The notes under the pieces: model-generated
Seen by the model: the letters and a program-made list of their open reading frames with translations, nothing else
What the model was told of the DNA's origin: nothing
The model's database searches: none
Position numbers and translations under genes: made by a program
In this document: positions 20,893 through 29,517 of the stretch, one piece after another
Position numbering within the stretch: the first letter of the stretch is position 1
Layout: each line of letters opens with the position of its first letter
Source: Rickettsiales bacterium
GTDB taxonomy: Bacteria > Pseudomonadota > Alphaproteobacteria > Rs-D84
Direction of reading: 5' to 3'
Assembly: GCA_031262525.1 (NCBI GenBank)
Contig: JAISHM010000009.1
Coordinates: 6,583-70,582 of the forward strand
Length of the DNA: 64,000 nucleotides

Positions 20893-21633
20893 TTAGCGTC
20901 CGCCGCGTCCTGTATATTCCCATGTGTCAAATACTTTCCTGTTTTCTGGAATCAGTATTTCTGACCATGGTAATCGGTGGCGCGCCAACTCTCTGCTGGC
21001 ATTGCCGGCAATAACCATTAAATCCAATTTACTATAAAACAATTCTTGTTTTACAACCGCTGGGTACAACTGATGTTCAAATGTCAATCCAATTTGTTTC
21101 AGTGTATCCAGGTTGATATTTTCCGGAATCATAAACCCAATTTGCGCAATTCTTTCCCCTGCATCAACCTGGGGGATTACATGATGCACTGTGCAACCCG
21201 TCGCCGTGTCCCCATCACGAAGCGCATCCGCATACGCATCGGTCGCACCGACATGTGCAAATGGAGTAATCGCGGGATGGATATTTATAATTTTATATTG
21301 TGATGCAATCTGTGGCGGCAAAATCAGCATATACCCCGCCAAAACAATTAAATCAAAATTATGCTTTTCTAAAAATTTTATTAAATTTGACCAATCGCGT
21401 GGTTTTGGAAACACGCCCGCCCCATCTGTTTTAATCAACGGACTGGGAATATATTGGGTTTCTATACTCAGTTTTTGTTTCATACGCGCATAAACGCCGG
21501 CCTTGTCGCCCGATTTATCCGAAGCGCAATAAAAATCCACAGGTAAATTATCCAGACGAATTGAACGGACCAACGCCTCGGCATTAGAGCCACTTCCCGA
21601 CGCCATAATTAAAACTTTTTTTCTATCTGCCAT
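20893..21633 (-). CDS. Formyltransferase, PurN (GAR transformylase) family, with a C-terminal extension
   Basis: It has the PurN family motifs VLIMASGSGSN, DLIVLAGYMLIL, IINIHPA and HHVIPQVDAGERIAQ. At 246 aa it is longer than canonical PurN. Confidence 0.6.
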   Translation of the reverse strand: MADRKKVLIMASGSGSNAEALVRSIRLDNLPVDFYCASDKSGDKAGVYARMKQKLSIETQYIPSPLIKTDGAGVFPKPRDWSNLIKFLEKHNFDLIVLAGYMLILPPQIASQYKIINIHPAITPFAHVGATDAYADALRDGDTATGCTVHHVIPQVDAGERIAQIGFMIPENINLDTLKQIGLTFEHQLYPAVVKQELFYSKLDLMVIAGNASRELARHRLPWSEILIPENRKVFDTWEYTGRGGR

Positions 21634-21772
21634 AATAAAACACCTTTATTTTCGTAAAGCATAGCATACAAATCCCAAAAATCAAGCAACCCAAGAACCA
21701 ATACTAAGAATGAAATCCTATAAGAAAAATTTCGGATTTATGGTAAAATTACACAAAGCAAAGGAATCGAAT

Positions 21773-22807
21773 ATGAAAAAAACAAACTTGTTTTTAATTA
21801 CTGGGGTTATGTGTGGGGCGGCGGTTACCGCATCTGGAAATTCAGGTATAATAATCCAAGAAAATTGGGCACCAATCTGGGCAGCGCCCGCACTGATTGG
21901 GGAACAAGCGCGAGGTTTAAGTTTGGACATACACGAACACGCAATGGTAAATGATGGTGTATGGCGCGATGATTCTGATTCCTTGGTATGGGGACGATAT
22001 AATTATACAGATGTAAAAAATTCAGATACTTTTGACGCGGCGGGCGACATTCATACTTTTAATATGGGGTTTGATGTACAATATGATGATAACGCGCGAC
22101 TGGGCGGATTTGTCAGCACACGACACGGAACTTTTGATATGACAGGCACCAGTATTATGGACGGAACAAACACGGCTGCGACAAAAACAAAAATATATTC
22201 TTATTTGTTGGGGGGATACAGTTATTTAACGTTTGACAATTTCTGGCTGACCAATGTTGCGTATGGCGGAATACACCAAACGAAATTGGATTACGAACCA
22301 GGAATAACAATGGAATCACTGGCCGCAGAATTTGGGACATCGGCGCAACTGGGGTATAAATTCCGTTTTGATGAGCAATTTACGATTTCGCCGATTGTGA
22401 ATGCGCGCTATACAATGATTACTTACGGGGATTTGGGGGTGGATAACGCCTCATATGTAAAAATGAAGGCAACCCCGAAAATGGACCTGGAAGACTTTGA
22501 TAATCTACACCGATTTGACGTGGACATCGGGATAAAGTTTGCGCAAACATTTGGAACAACTGACGGAGTGCATGCGACATTGCATTTAACGCCATCGGTC
22601 GCACGCAGTTTTAACGACACCTTTTATTCCGAATTTGTAGGTATGGGGGATTACCATTTTAATCTGAATAAAACGATTTGGCGTATTGGCGGTGGAGTTG
22701 TTATGTCGGTCTATAATTACCTGGATTTGGAATTTGGTGCGCGATATAATCAGTCGCACGGATATAAACGCACAGACTTTACATTGGGCGCGAAATTGAT
22801 GTTCTGA
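21773..22807 (+). CDS. Outer-membrane beta-barrel protein (hypothetical)
   Basis: The ATG at 21773 gives the signal peptide MKKTNLFLITGVMCGAAVTASG. The protein is beta-strand-rich and ends in a C-terminal Phe (…GAKLMF). Confidence 0.5.
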   Translation: MKKTNLFLITGVMCGAAVTASGNSGIIIQENWAPIWAAPALIGEQARGLSLDIHEHAMVNDGVWRDDSDSLVWGRYNYTDVKNSDTFDAAGDIHTFNMGFDVQYDDNARLGGFVSTRHGTFDMTGTSIMDGTNTAATKTKIYSYLLGGYSYLTFDNFWLTNVAYGGIHQTKLDYEPGITMESLAAEFGTSAQLGYKFRFDEQFTISPIVNARYTMITYGDLGVDNASYVKMKATPKMDLEDFDNLHRFDVDIGIKFAQTFGTTDGVHATLHLTPSVARSFNDTFYSEFVGMGDYHFNLNKTIWRIGGGVVMSVYNYLDLEFGARYNQSHGYKRTDFTLGAKLMF

Positions 22808-22833
22808 TACAGAATACATTCTTATAAAACAAC

Positions 22834-22862
22834 TTGCATTTTATACGGCGTATGATATTATT
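22834..22862 (+). promoter_or_regulatory. Candidate sigma70 promoter for tRNA-Ala
   Basis: TTGCAT, a 16 bp spacer, then TATTAT, with the tRNA 5' end 11 nt downstream. Confidence 0.4.
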
Positions 22863-22872
22863 TTTCTCATTC

Positions 22873-22949
22873 GGGGTTGTAGCTCAGTTGATTAGAGCGC
22901 CTCGCTGGCAGCGAGGAGGTCGTGGGTTTGAGTCCCATCAACTCCACCA
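22873..22949 (+). tRNA. tRNA-Ala (anticodon GGC) with encoded CCA
   Basis: A manual fold gives an acceptor GGGGTTG/CAACTCC with the G3:U70 alanine identity pair, an anticodon stem CCTCG/CGAGG with loop CTGGCAG, and a T loop TTTGAGT. Confidence 0.85.
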
Positions 22950-22980
22950 AATAAATTTAATAACCCTGGGGGGAATTCCG

Positions 22981-23922
22981 ATGAAAAAAATCCTTGTATC
23001 TATATTTGGAATGTTGGTGGCGCTGCCTGTATTGGCGACCGATGACACAATTGCGAACGCGACAGAATTGACTGAATCTGTGGCAACTGCGACGGACACA
23101 ATAAAATCAGACATTGGCGCGGCGGCAACCGAAATAAACGCTGCAAATCCGGACGCGAAATTTCCAAACGGGTTAAAATTTGGTATTGGTGCATCGGCAA
23201 CTGGTGGGGTTGATGGCTTTGTCGGATATAATAATAAAAAGTTTGATTCTTTTTGGTGGAAGCGATTGGGTCTGCGCGTCAATTATTCAACAACATCACC
23301 AGTTAAGTCACTGATTGCGCGCGGTGTTGATTCTGCGATTGGCGATGGGGTTGAATTGGGCGATGATATTAAAATAGACAGCGGAAAAATCAGTGCAACA
23401 AACTTTGGCGCAGTGGTTGATTTTTATCCATTCGGGGATACTTGGTTCCTGGGCGGGTGGAGAATTTCTGGCGGTTATGTCAGCGGGAAACTGAATGCGG
23501 ATACAAACCTGGCTGGGGAAATCCCGGGGATTCCGGGCGCCCCAATTGAATTTACATTGGGTCATACAAAATATCGTTATAATGACAGTAATTTTACAGG
23601 CAATGCAAAAGTAGATTGGAAGTATTCTGGGCCATACGCTGGGACTGGGTTTGATTTGGGTTTATTTGCGGGGATAAAAATTTATCTGGATGCGGGCGTT
23701 GTATTTACCAGCAAAACTGCGCAACTGGGGCTGGATATTCCGTTGAATAATAAATTAGAAAAGTTGAATACATCAACTGGACTATGGCAAAATGTTGAAA
23801 TTGCGGGATTACAATCAGAATTTGATAAAATAAAGGCTGATGCAATCGCCGAAGGTCAGGAAGAGTTAGATAAATTGACATTCTTTCCGATTATTAAATT
23901 GGGGCTGATGTATCGTTTTTAA
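22981..23922 (+). CDS. Outer-membrane beta-barrel protein (hypothetical surface antigen)
   Basis: The track ORF N-terminus overlaps the tRNA, so the start is reassigned to the ATG at 22981, which gives the signal peptide MKKILVSIFGMLVALPVLA. The protein ends in a C-terminal Phe (…LMYRF). Confidence 0.55.
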   Translation: MKKILVSIFGMLVALPVLATDDTIANATELTESVATATDTIKSDIGAAATEINAANPDAKFPNGLKFGIGASATGGVDGFVGYNNKKFDSFWWKRLGLRVNYSTTSPVKSLIARGVDSAIGDGVELGDDIKIDSGKISATNFGAVVDFYPFGDTWFLGGWRISGGYVSGKLNADTNLAGEIPGIPGAPIEFTLGHTKYRYNDSNFTGNAKVDWKYSGPYAGTGFDLGLFAGIKIYLDAGVVFTSKTAQLGLDIPLNNKLEKLNTSTGLWQNVEIAGLQSEFDKIKADAIAEGQEELDKLTFFPIIKLGLMYRF

Positions 23923-23925
23923 CAG

Positions 23926-23958
23926 AAAAAAAAATCCGCCATTCGGCGGATTTTTTTT
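23926..23958. terminator. Rho-independent terminator, bidirectional
   Basis: An A9 run, then the hairpin TCCGCCATTCGGCGGA, then a T8 run. Confidence 0.65.
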
Positions 23959-23964
23959 GTTTTA

Positions 23965-24312
23965 TTATTTTTCAAATTCGCGTTCTTTTCCAGATGTGTT
24001 GCGAAAAAACCATCCATATTCGTCCAATACTTCCTGGTATAAAACATCTGCATCTAATCGTTCGTTCCACCCGGCAACAGTCGGCCACGCGGTCAAAAAC
24101 CCCTTAAAAGTGCGTGTCTTTTTAAGCGCTTTATCAGCCATCCAGTAATACATACTATCTGGATGAGATGATTTTTTTATATGTGACGCTTCATCCAACA
24201 ACATAAACCACAAAGTACTATTACTCAGCAACCATGCCAGAAATATCGGCAAAATAACCTTGTTTGCTTTTTTTATAATTTTACGACCTACATTATATTT
24301 CAACCCTGTCAT
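23965..24312 (-). CDS. Hypothetical small membrane protein
   Basis: A 115 aa ORF with one TM helix (ILPIFLAWLLSNSTLWFMLL). Confidence 0.4.
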   Translation of the reverse strand: MTGLKYNVGRKIIKKANKVILPIFLAWLLSNSTLWFMLLDEASHIKKSSHPDSMYYWMADKALKKTRTFKGFLTAWPTVAGWNERLDADVLYQEVLDEYGWFFRNTSGKEREFEK

Positions 24313-24398
24313 TATTTATCCTTTGTTTTATTACTATGATTATATCATAACAAATAATATATGTTTGTCAATAAACAGATTTTATATTTTATACACTC

Positions 24399-24426
24399 TT
24401 GCTTTTTATAGAAAAGCCTGTATAAT
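24399..24426 (+). promoter_or_regulatory. Candidate sigma70 promoter for tRNA-Lys
   Basis: TTGCTT, a 16 bp spacer, then a perfect TATAAT, with the tRNA starting 10 nt downstream. Confidence 0.45.
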
Positions 24427-24436
24427 TAGGCAAATC

Positions 24437-24512
24437 GGGTGCGTAGCTCAGCTGGTAGAGCAAGTGACTCTTAATCACTGGGTCTGGGGTTCGAGTCCCC
24501 ACGCGCCCACCA
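24437..24512 (+). tRNA. tRNA-Lys (anticodon CUU) with encoded CCA
   Basis: A manual fold gives an acceptor GGGTGCG/CGCGCCC, a D stem GCTC/GAGC, an anticodon stem AGTGA/TCACT with loop CTCTTAA, and a T loop TTCGAGT. Confidence 0.85.
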
Positions 24513-24694
24513 CTTAAAAAGATTGAATTTATGCCGTTTTAACGGATTTTTTTATTTTTTATAAAAAATACACTGGATTCTTTCGGGATTATTTTCTATG
24601 ATGGTAATGGAAGGAAAAGATGCCAAAATTCAATGATTTTGATATGGAAGCTTAGAAAGATACACTTGGCGATGTCTGGACGGATTCGCTGTGG

Positions 24695-25342
24695 ATGATT
24701 GACCGACGAGACAATAGCGGCAAGCACAGCGGTTTTTATCACGGCAACTTTGTTCCGCAAATCCCACACCAATTTATAAGGCGTTTTACCAAGGCGGGCG
24801 ATACCGTGCTTGACCCGTTTATGGGTTCTGGCACAACGGCGTATGAGTGCGAAACTCTTGCGCGAAACTTTGTCGGAATTGATAACACTTCAACACAATT
24901 TAATCAACGGATTCGTTCTGATATCAAAGATTTTTATAAAAATAAAAAATGCGTGATGCTTGGGGTAAATGGTTTTTCCGAAAATACCAAAATTGAAATT
25001 GACCACAAAGACGGACGCAAAAATGACGACCGCGTATCAGATTTAGCGGGGCAAAAGTTAGAGGATTTTCAACCTCTCTGCAAAGCCGCCAATGACGCAA
25101 AACGCCATTTCTGCAAAAAGTGCAAGGAAACAAATTGTCGTTGGAATGCAAAAAACATTTTGGGCAATCCATATCCTTTTTATGCGGGCGACGAACATTA
25201 TGACGAAAAATTGGGCTGTGTTGGGTGCTATCAATACGACCCTGTGGAATACAGAAAGCAATCCGTGAAACGCATTGCGACAGAGGCATCAAAGAACACA
25301 TCCGATTTTATTATGAAAAAACTTTATGGCGACGACGAATGA
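24695..25342 (+). CDS. Truncated N4/N6 DNA methyltransferase C-terminus (motifs X and I) joined to an HNH-like nuclease domain; possible pseudogene or fusion
   Basis: The N-terminal 55 aa, YHGNFVPQIPHQFIRRFTKAGDTVLDPFMGSGTT...FVGID, match the C-terminal AdoMet motif (HPTQKP...VLDPFxGSGTT) of PF01555-type methylases. The DPPY catalytic part is missing. An in-frame TAG lies at 24653 just upstream. The C-terminal part has an HNH-like EIDHKDG...N...LCKAANDAKRH motif and a Cys cluster. Confidence 0.5.
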   Translation: MIDRRDNSGKHSGFYHGNFVPQIPHQFIRRFTKAGDTVLDPFMGSGTTAYECETLARNFVGIDNTSTQFNQRIRSDIKDFYKNKKCVMLGVNGFSENTKIEIDHKDGRKNDDRVSDLAGQKLEDFQPLCKAANDAKRHFCKKCKETNCRWNAKNILGNPYPFYAGDEHYDEKLGCVGCYQYDPVEYRKQSVKRIATEASKNTSDFIMKKLYGDDE

Positions 25343-26370
25343 ATTACATCGGGTCTAAACTATCTTTGTTGGAATTTTTAGACGCGGGCATAAAATCCGT
25401 TGTTGGCGATGATGCAAAAAATTGCCACACTTTTTGCGACTTGTTTGCTGGCACGGGTGCGGTTGGGACATTTTTCAAGAAAAAGAAAAAATTCAAGGTT
25501 ATTGCGAACGATTTGCAATACTATGGCTATGTCTTGAATCGCCATTATATTGGCAATCATCGTGAGTTAAAGTTTGCTGGACTTAGTGGACACACAGCGG
25601 AACAGGTTTGTGAATATCTGAATAATTTACCAGCACAGCACGGATTTATTTATAACAATTATGCGTCTGGTGGCGGCAGTGAGCGTCTTTATTTCAGCGA
25701 TGAAAACGCCGGTCGTTGCGATGCAATTCGTGCGCAAATTGAAAATTGGAAAGCGGACGGCAAAATCAATGAAGACGAGTATTATTTCTTGCTGACGACT
25801 TTACTTGAAAACATAGACAAGGTTGCAAATACTGCGTCCGTTTATGGTGCGTTCCTTAAAAAATTAAAATCGTCTGCATTGCGTCCGCTGGAAATGCGCC
25901 CAGCACCGCTGTTTATAAATGATGCGGAACACAATGTTTATAATGCCGATGCAAATCAATTGGTGCGTGAAATTGAAACGGATATTTTATACCTGGACCC
26001 GCCGTATAACGAACGCCAATATGCCAGCAATTATCATATGTTGGAAACCATCGCAAAATATGATGCGCCAGAAATTAAAGGCAAAACAGGCCTGCGGAAT
26101 TATGCGGCGCAAAAATCTGATTATTGTTCGCGCGCCAGTGTAAAGCGGGCTTTTGCAGATTTAATTAAAAACGCAAAGGCAAAATATATTTTCTTGTCTT
26201 ATAATAACGAGGGGTTAATGACTCTGGACGATGTGCGTGAGATTATGAGCACCCGCGGAGAATATGGTGTCTTTACACAAGATTACAGACGGTTCAAGGC
26301 AGATTCCGCCCGCAATAATTCCGCCGATAAAACCACCGAATACTTGCATTGGCTTCGGGTTGAAAATTAA
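25339..26370 (+). CDS. Dam-family (D12 class, alpha) N6-adenine DNA methyltransferase
   Basis: It has MNYIGSK, motif I FCDLFAGTGAVG, and the catalytic LDPPYN. Its ATG overlaps the upstream stop in an ATGA arrangement. Confidence 0.8.
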   Translation: MNYIGSKLSLLEFLDAGIKSVVGDDAKNCHTFCDLFAGTGAVGTFFKKKKKFKVIANDLQYYGYVLNRHYIGNHRELKFAGLSGHTAEQVCEYLNNLPAQHGFIYNNYASGGGSERLYFSDENAGRCDAIRAQIENWKADGKINEDEYYFLLTTLLENIDKVANTASVYGAFLKKLKSSALRPLEMRPAPLFINDAEHNVYNADANQLVREIETDILYLDPPYNERQYASNYHMLETIAKYDAPEIKGKTGLRNYAAQKSDYCSRASVKRAFADLIKNAKAKYIFLSYNNEGLMTLDDVREIMSTRGEYGVFTQDYRRFKADSARNNSADKTTEYLHWLRVEN

Positions 26371-26607
26371 AATCATATTCATCAATTTCTAATCATTTTA
26401 TTAAAATTATTGTTAAGAGCGGGTTAATATTTTATAAATTGCGATTTACCATTTGCAGCCCACAGAAACAAAATATTCTGATATAATAATATGATAGGGT
26501 TTGGGACATATAGCGGACATAATGGGGACATATTTGAATAAAAAGTCAGCTAGTCAGTATAAAATCCGCAGATTTCTGCGCCTTTAACTATGCACGGCCT
26601 TTTAATT

Positions 26608-26650
26608 CTTAATCACTGGGTCTGGGGTTCGAGTCCCCACGCGCCCACCA
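26608..26650 (+). repeat. Direct repeat of the 3' 43 nt of tRNA-Lys (attR-like islet boundary)
   Basis: An exact copy of tRNA-Lys positions 34-76 including CCA. No 5' half of a tRNA is present here. Confidence 0.8.
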
Positions 26651-26673
26651 ATTTCACAAAAACTAAAATAATC

Positions 26674-27900
26674 TTATTTCAACTGCTTATTTGGGTCGTA
26701 TGCCTTGGTTCCTTTACGAATCTCGAAATGTAATTGTGGCTCGGTCACTTTACCCGTTTTGCCGATTGTCCCAATCTTTTCACCACGCGCAACCCGCACA
26801 CCACGACGCACCAGCATAGAATCCAGATGCGCATAAACCGATAACCAACCATTCGCATGCTGTATAATAATCAAATTTCCCATACCTTTTAACTCATTCC
26901 CAACATAAGCAACTGCCCCGCCTTCGGCCGCACGCACCGCCGTGCCAGACTTTGCGCCGATGTTTATCCCATCGTTATACAATCCATTCTTTTTATACCC
27001 AAATCCAGACAAAATTTTACCACGCACAGGCCATGTAAATTTCATAGACGATTGCGCCGCCACACGCGGCAGAGGTTTTGACGGGCTGGACGATATTTTT
27101 TTATTTTCGGTTTTTGTTTTAACCGCTGATTGCTCTGCGACTGGTGTCGTTTTTGTTTTTACGGAATCCGATTTAACAGGGGGTTCAGTTGATTTAACAC
27201 TTGGCGCTTCCTTTACAACAAATACCCGGACACTGGCGGGCAAATCCAATTTTTGCCCAACCCGCAACGAATACGGAGCCGCAATTTTATTGGTCGTTGC
27301 CAAAGAATGTAAATCCACAGAATACTGACGACTGATTGAATACAGCGTTTCCCCATTCTGCACAATATGCACACGCGCCGTGGGCAGTTTTAACTTTTGA
27401 CCGACCGATAACGCAAACGGCGCCGTCAATTTATTAGCATCTACCAAATCGCGTAATGGAGTTTTATGTTTATTTGCCAATGAATACAGGGTATCCCCAC
27501 GCGCCACAACTATTTCCCTAGATGTGGTGGGCGTCGCATCTTTTTTTTGTGCGACTACTGGTTGTGCGCGATTTGGCACCAATAAAACATCATCTGTGGC
27601 ATTATCATCTATTTCTGGTTTTTGGACTACTTTTGGTGCTATCTTTTTTTGCGCGGGCTGCACAGGCATTGAATAATCGCCTGCATCCGAGTATTGCACA
27701 TAATCAGAATTTTTTGCAGACGCAACATAGTCATCACGGGTCGCCGTTACCAATGGCGCATCGTTTGTTTTTTTATTTTTTGTCCCCTGCCCCACATTCT
27801 CTGAATCATATCCCAAATTAGAAATTTTATCATGCAAATCACAACCCGCCACAGCGACACAAAACACGCACAGAAAAATTGTTTTTATTATCTGTTTCAT
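26674..27900 (-). CDS. nlpD: LysM-domain M23 peptidase (NlpD-like murein hydrolase activator)
   Basis: It has a lipoprotein-like signal (…VAVAGC), two LysM repeats (GDTLYSLANKH, GETLYSISRQY), and a C-terminal M23 domain (HLDSMLV…QLHFEIR). Confidence 0.75.
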   Translation of the reverse strand: MKQIIKTIFLCVFCVAVAGCDLHDKISNLGYDSENVGQGTKNKKTNDAPLVTATRDDYVASAKNSDYVQYSDAGDYSMPVQPAQKKIAPKVVQKPEIDDNATDDVLLVPNRAQPVVAQKKDATPTTSREIVVARGDTLYSLANKHKTPLRDLVDANKLTAPFALSVGQKLKLPTARVHIVQNGETLYSISRQYSVDLHSLATTNKIAAPYSLRVGQKLDLPASVRVFVVKEAPSVKSTEPPVKSDSVKTKTTPVAEQSAVKTKTENKKISSSPSKPLPRVAAQSSMKFTWPVRGKILSGFGYKKNGLYNDGINIGAKSGTAVRAAEGGAVAYVGNELKGMGNLIIIQHANGWLSVYAHLDSMLVRRGVRVARGEKIGTIGKTGKVTEPQLHFEIRKGTKAYDPNKQLK

Positions 27901-27925
27901 AATTGGAATTATATCATAATTTTTA

Positions 27926-28633
27926 CTATTTTTTCATAAACAAAATCGCAATCCCAAACAGCGATAACAAAGACATCGCCAATATACATTGCGATACTAT
28001 ATCCGGCGGTGTTAAAATCGCTGCAACAATAAACAATCCAACAATTACATAACGCGAAGATTTAATAACTGCACGACGCGACAACACCCCCAATCTGTTT
28101 AACAAAACCATAACCAATGGCAATTGAAACGACAATCCAAAAATTTTTAACATCCCAATCACAAAAGACAAATAGTTTTTAGTCGCTGGTAAAAAAATTG
28201 TCGGCACTGGCGCGCTACGATTTAATTCCACAAAAAAACCAAAAACAATTGGAAATAAAACATAAAAAGCAAACCCCATTCCAATTAAAAATAATAACGG
28301 GGATAAAACCAAAATCGGCGCGATTAAATACTTTTCGTGTGCGCGTAGTCCCGGTGATACAAACGCCCACAAATGCCATAAAACAAAAGGTGCAGACACA
28401 AACAAAGCAAACAAAATACTTAAATCAAATTGAATCATTAAACCATCAGCAACGCCCGTATATAACATTTGACCGCCATAAAATTCGCCCAGTAATGGTG
28501 ATGATAAAAATTCTTGCAACGATGGCGCGACAAACCACCCCACACCAAAACCAACACAAAACACCAACAAAACCCACCCCAAGCGACGCCGCAATTCCGA
28601 AAAATGTTGCAATAATGTCATCTTATCACTCAT
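27926..28633 (-). CDS. tatC: Twin-arginine translocase subunit TatC
   Basis: It has six TM helices and the TatC N-terminal motif LLQHFSELRRRL. Confidence 0.85.
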   Translation of the reverse strand: MSDKMTLLQHFSELRRRLGWVLLVFCVGFGVGWFVAPSLQEFLSSPLLGEFYGGQMLYTGVADGLMIQFDLSILFALFVSAPFVLWHLWAFVSPGLRAHEKYLIAPILVLSPLLFLIGMGFAFYVLFPIVFGFFVELNRSAPVPTIFLPATKNYLSFVIGMLKIFGLSFQLPLVMVLLNRLGVLSRRAVIKSSRYVIVGLFIVAAILTPPDIVSQCILAMSLLSLFGIAILFMKK

Positions 28634-28896
28634 TTCTTTCGCGCCTTTTTCTTTGGTGTTGCAAAAGCCCCCATCACATCATCGGTTGTTTGACTGATTA
28701 TTTTATCCATTGGGATTTCGCGCTCAACCTGGTCGCGAATAGATTCTGTTGCATCTGTAATTTTCCAAATAATTTCACGAACAAACTTTACCACGCGCGC
28801 CAAACCTCGAAAAACAGAGGGCCAATTTTTCGCTGGAATTATCGCCATTGCGACGACAATAATTACAATAAATTCTGATAAACTGATTCCAAACAT
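28630..28896 (-). CDS. tatB: Twin-arginine translocase subunit TatB
   Basis: It belongs to the TatA/B family (MFGISLSEFIVIIVVAMAIIPAKNWP) and is translationally coupled upstream of tatC. TatA is encoded elsewhere at 46910. Confidence 0.6.
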   Translation of the reverse strand: MFGISLSEFIVIIVVAMAIIPAKNWPSVFRGLARVVKFVREIIWKITDATESIRDQVEREIPMDKIISQTTDDVMGAFATPKKKARKK

Positions 28897-28899
28897 TTT

Positions 28900-29517
28900 T
28901 TATTCGTAATAATCGTCCCCAAACGCATCATTTGTTATTGTTTTGTGTTTTTTTATCTGGAAATAGTTTTTCCCAAAATCTGTTTTCGTCTTTAATCCTG
29001 AAAATTTAACATCTGTCTGTGTCCCTGTGGCATCGGTCACAACCCATGAATTTAATGACACAGGATTTGAATTAAAAACAACCCGCATATTACCCATACC
29101 TTGATTTCCCTTTATATGCATTTTTAATGAAAAAGTATTTTTATTTTTTTCAGTTTCAGACACAACTATGTCCGCGCCGGACAAGTCTATTTTTTTTCTG
29201 ATTAAAATTCCAGCAGGCGTGCTGGTCAGCGGAATCGTTGTAATCTGGTCCAGCCCGCTGTCAATAAAATATAAATCTGTCCCATCAGAAATCAGTTGTA
29301 TCGGAGATTTTTTATAATCCAATCGCACCCGCCCAGGCCGCAACATATCAAATGTCCCGCTGTCTGTTTTGCCATTTGCAATTTGCGTAAATTTCCCCGT
29401 CAATCCCGTAATAGAATTCAGATAAGTTGAAGCCGATTTAACCAATGATGACTCTACCGCAGAATGCGCAGACAACGACACCACAAATAATAAAATAAAT
29501 GTTAAAAGTTTTTTCAT
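28900..29517 (-). CDS. lolA: Outer-membrane lipoprotein carrier protein LolA-like
   Basis: It has a signal peptide. The GKFTQ motif and the size fit the LolA fold family. Confidence 0.55.
   Translation of the reverse strand: MKKLLTFILLFVVSLSAHSAVESSLVKSASTYLNSITGLTGKFTQIANGKTDSGTFDMLRPGRVRLDYKKSPIQLISDGTDLYFIDSGLDQITTIPLTSTPAGILIRKKIDLSGADIVVSETEKNKNTFSLKMHIKGNQGMGNMRVVFNSNPVSLNSWVVTDATGTQTDVKFSGLKTKTDFGKNYFQIKKHKTITNDAFGDDYYE

Larger units (their letters stand above)
24513..26650 (+). mobile_element. Roughly 2.1 kb genomic islet inserted at the 3' end of tRNA-Lys, carrying restriction-modification genes and bounded by a 43 bp direct repeat of the tRNA 3' end
   Basis: Positions 24470..24512 inside the tRNA match 26608..26650 exactly; the repeat is CTTAATCACTGGGTCTGGGGTTCGAGTCCCCACGCGCCCACCA. 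The cargo is methylase/HNH genes. No integrase is present. Confidence 0.55.

Noticed and set aside
22834-22980. N-terminal extension of the ORF-track ORF 22834..23922 (MHFIRRMILFFSFGVVAQLIRAPRWQRGGRGFESHQ…)
   Set aside because: This stretch is the translation of tRNA-Ala itself. The real gene starts at the signal-peptide Met at 22981.
24260-24517. 85 aa ORF overlapping tRNA-Lys
   Set aside because: It reads through the tRNA gene (…VAQLVEQVTLNHWVWGSSPHAPTT). It is a spurious ORF.
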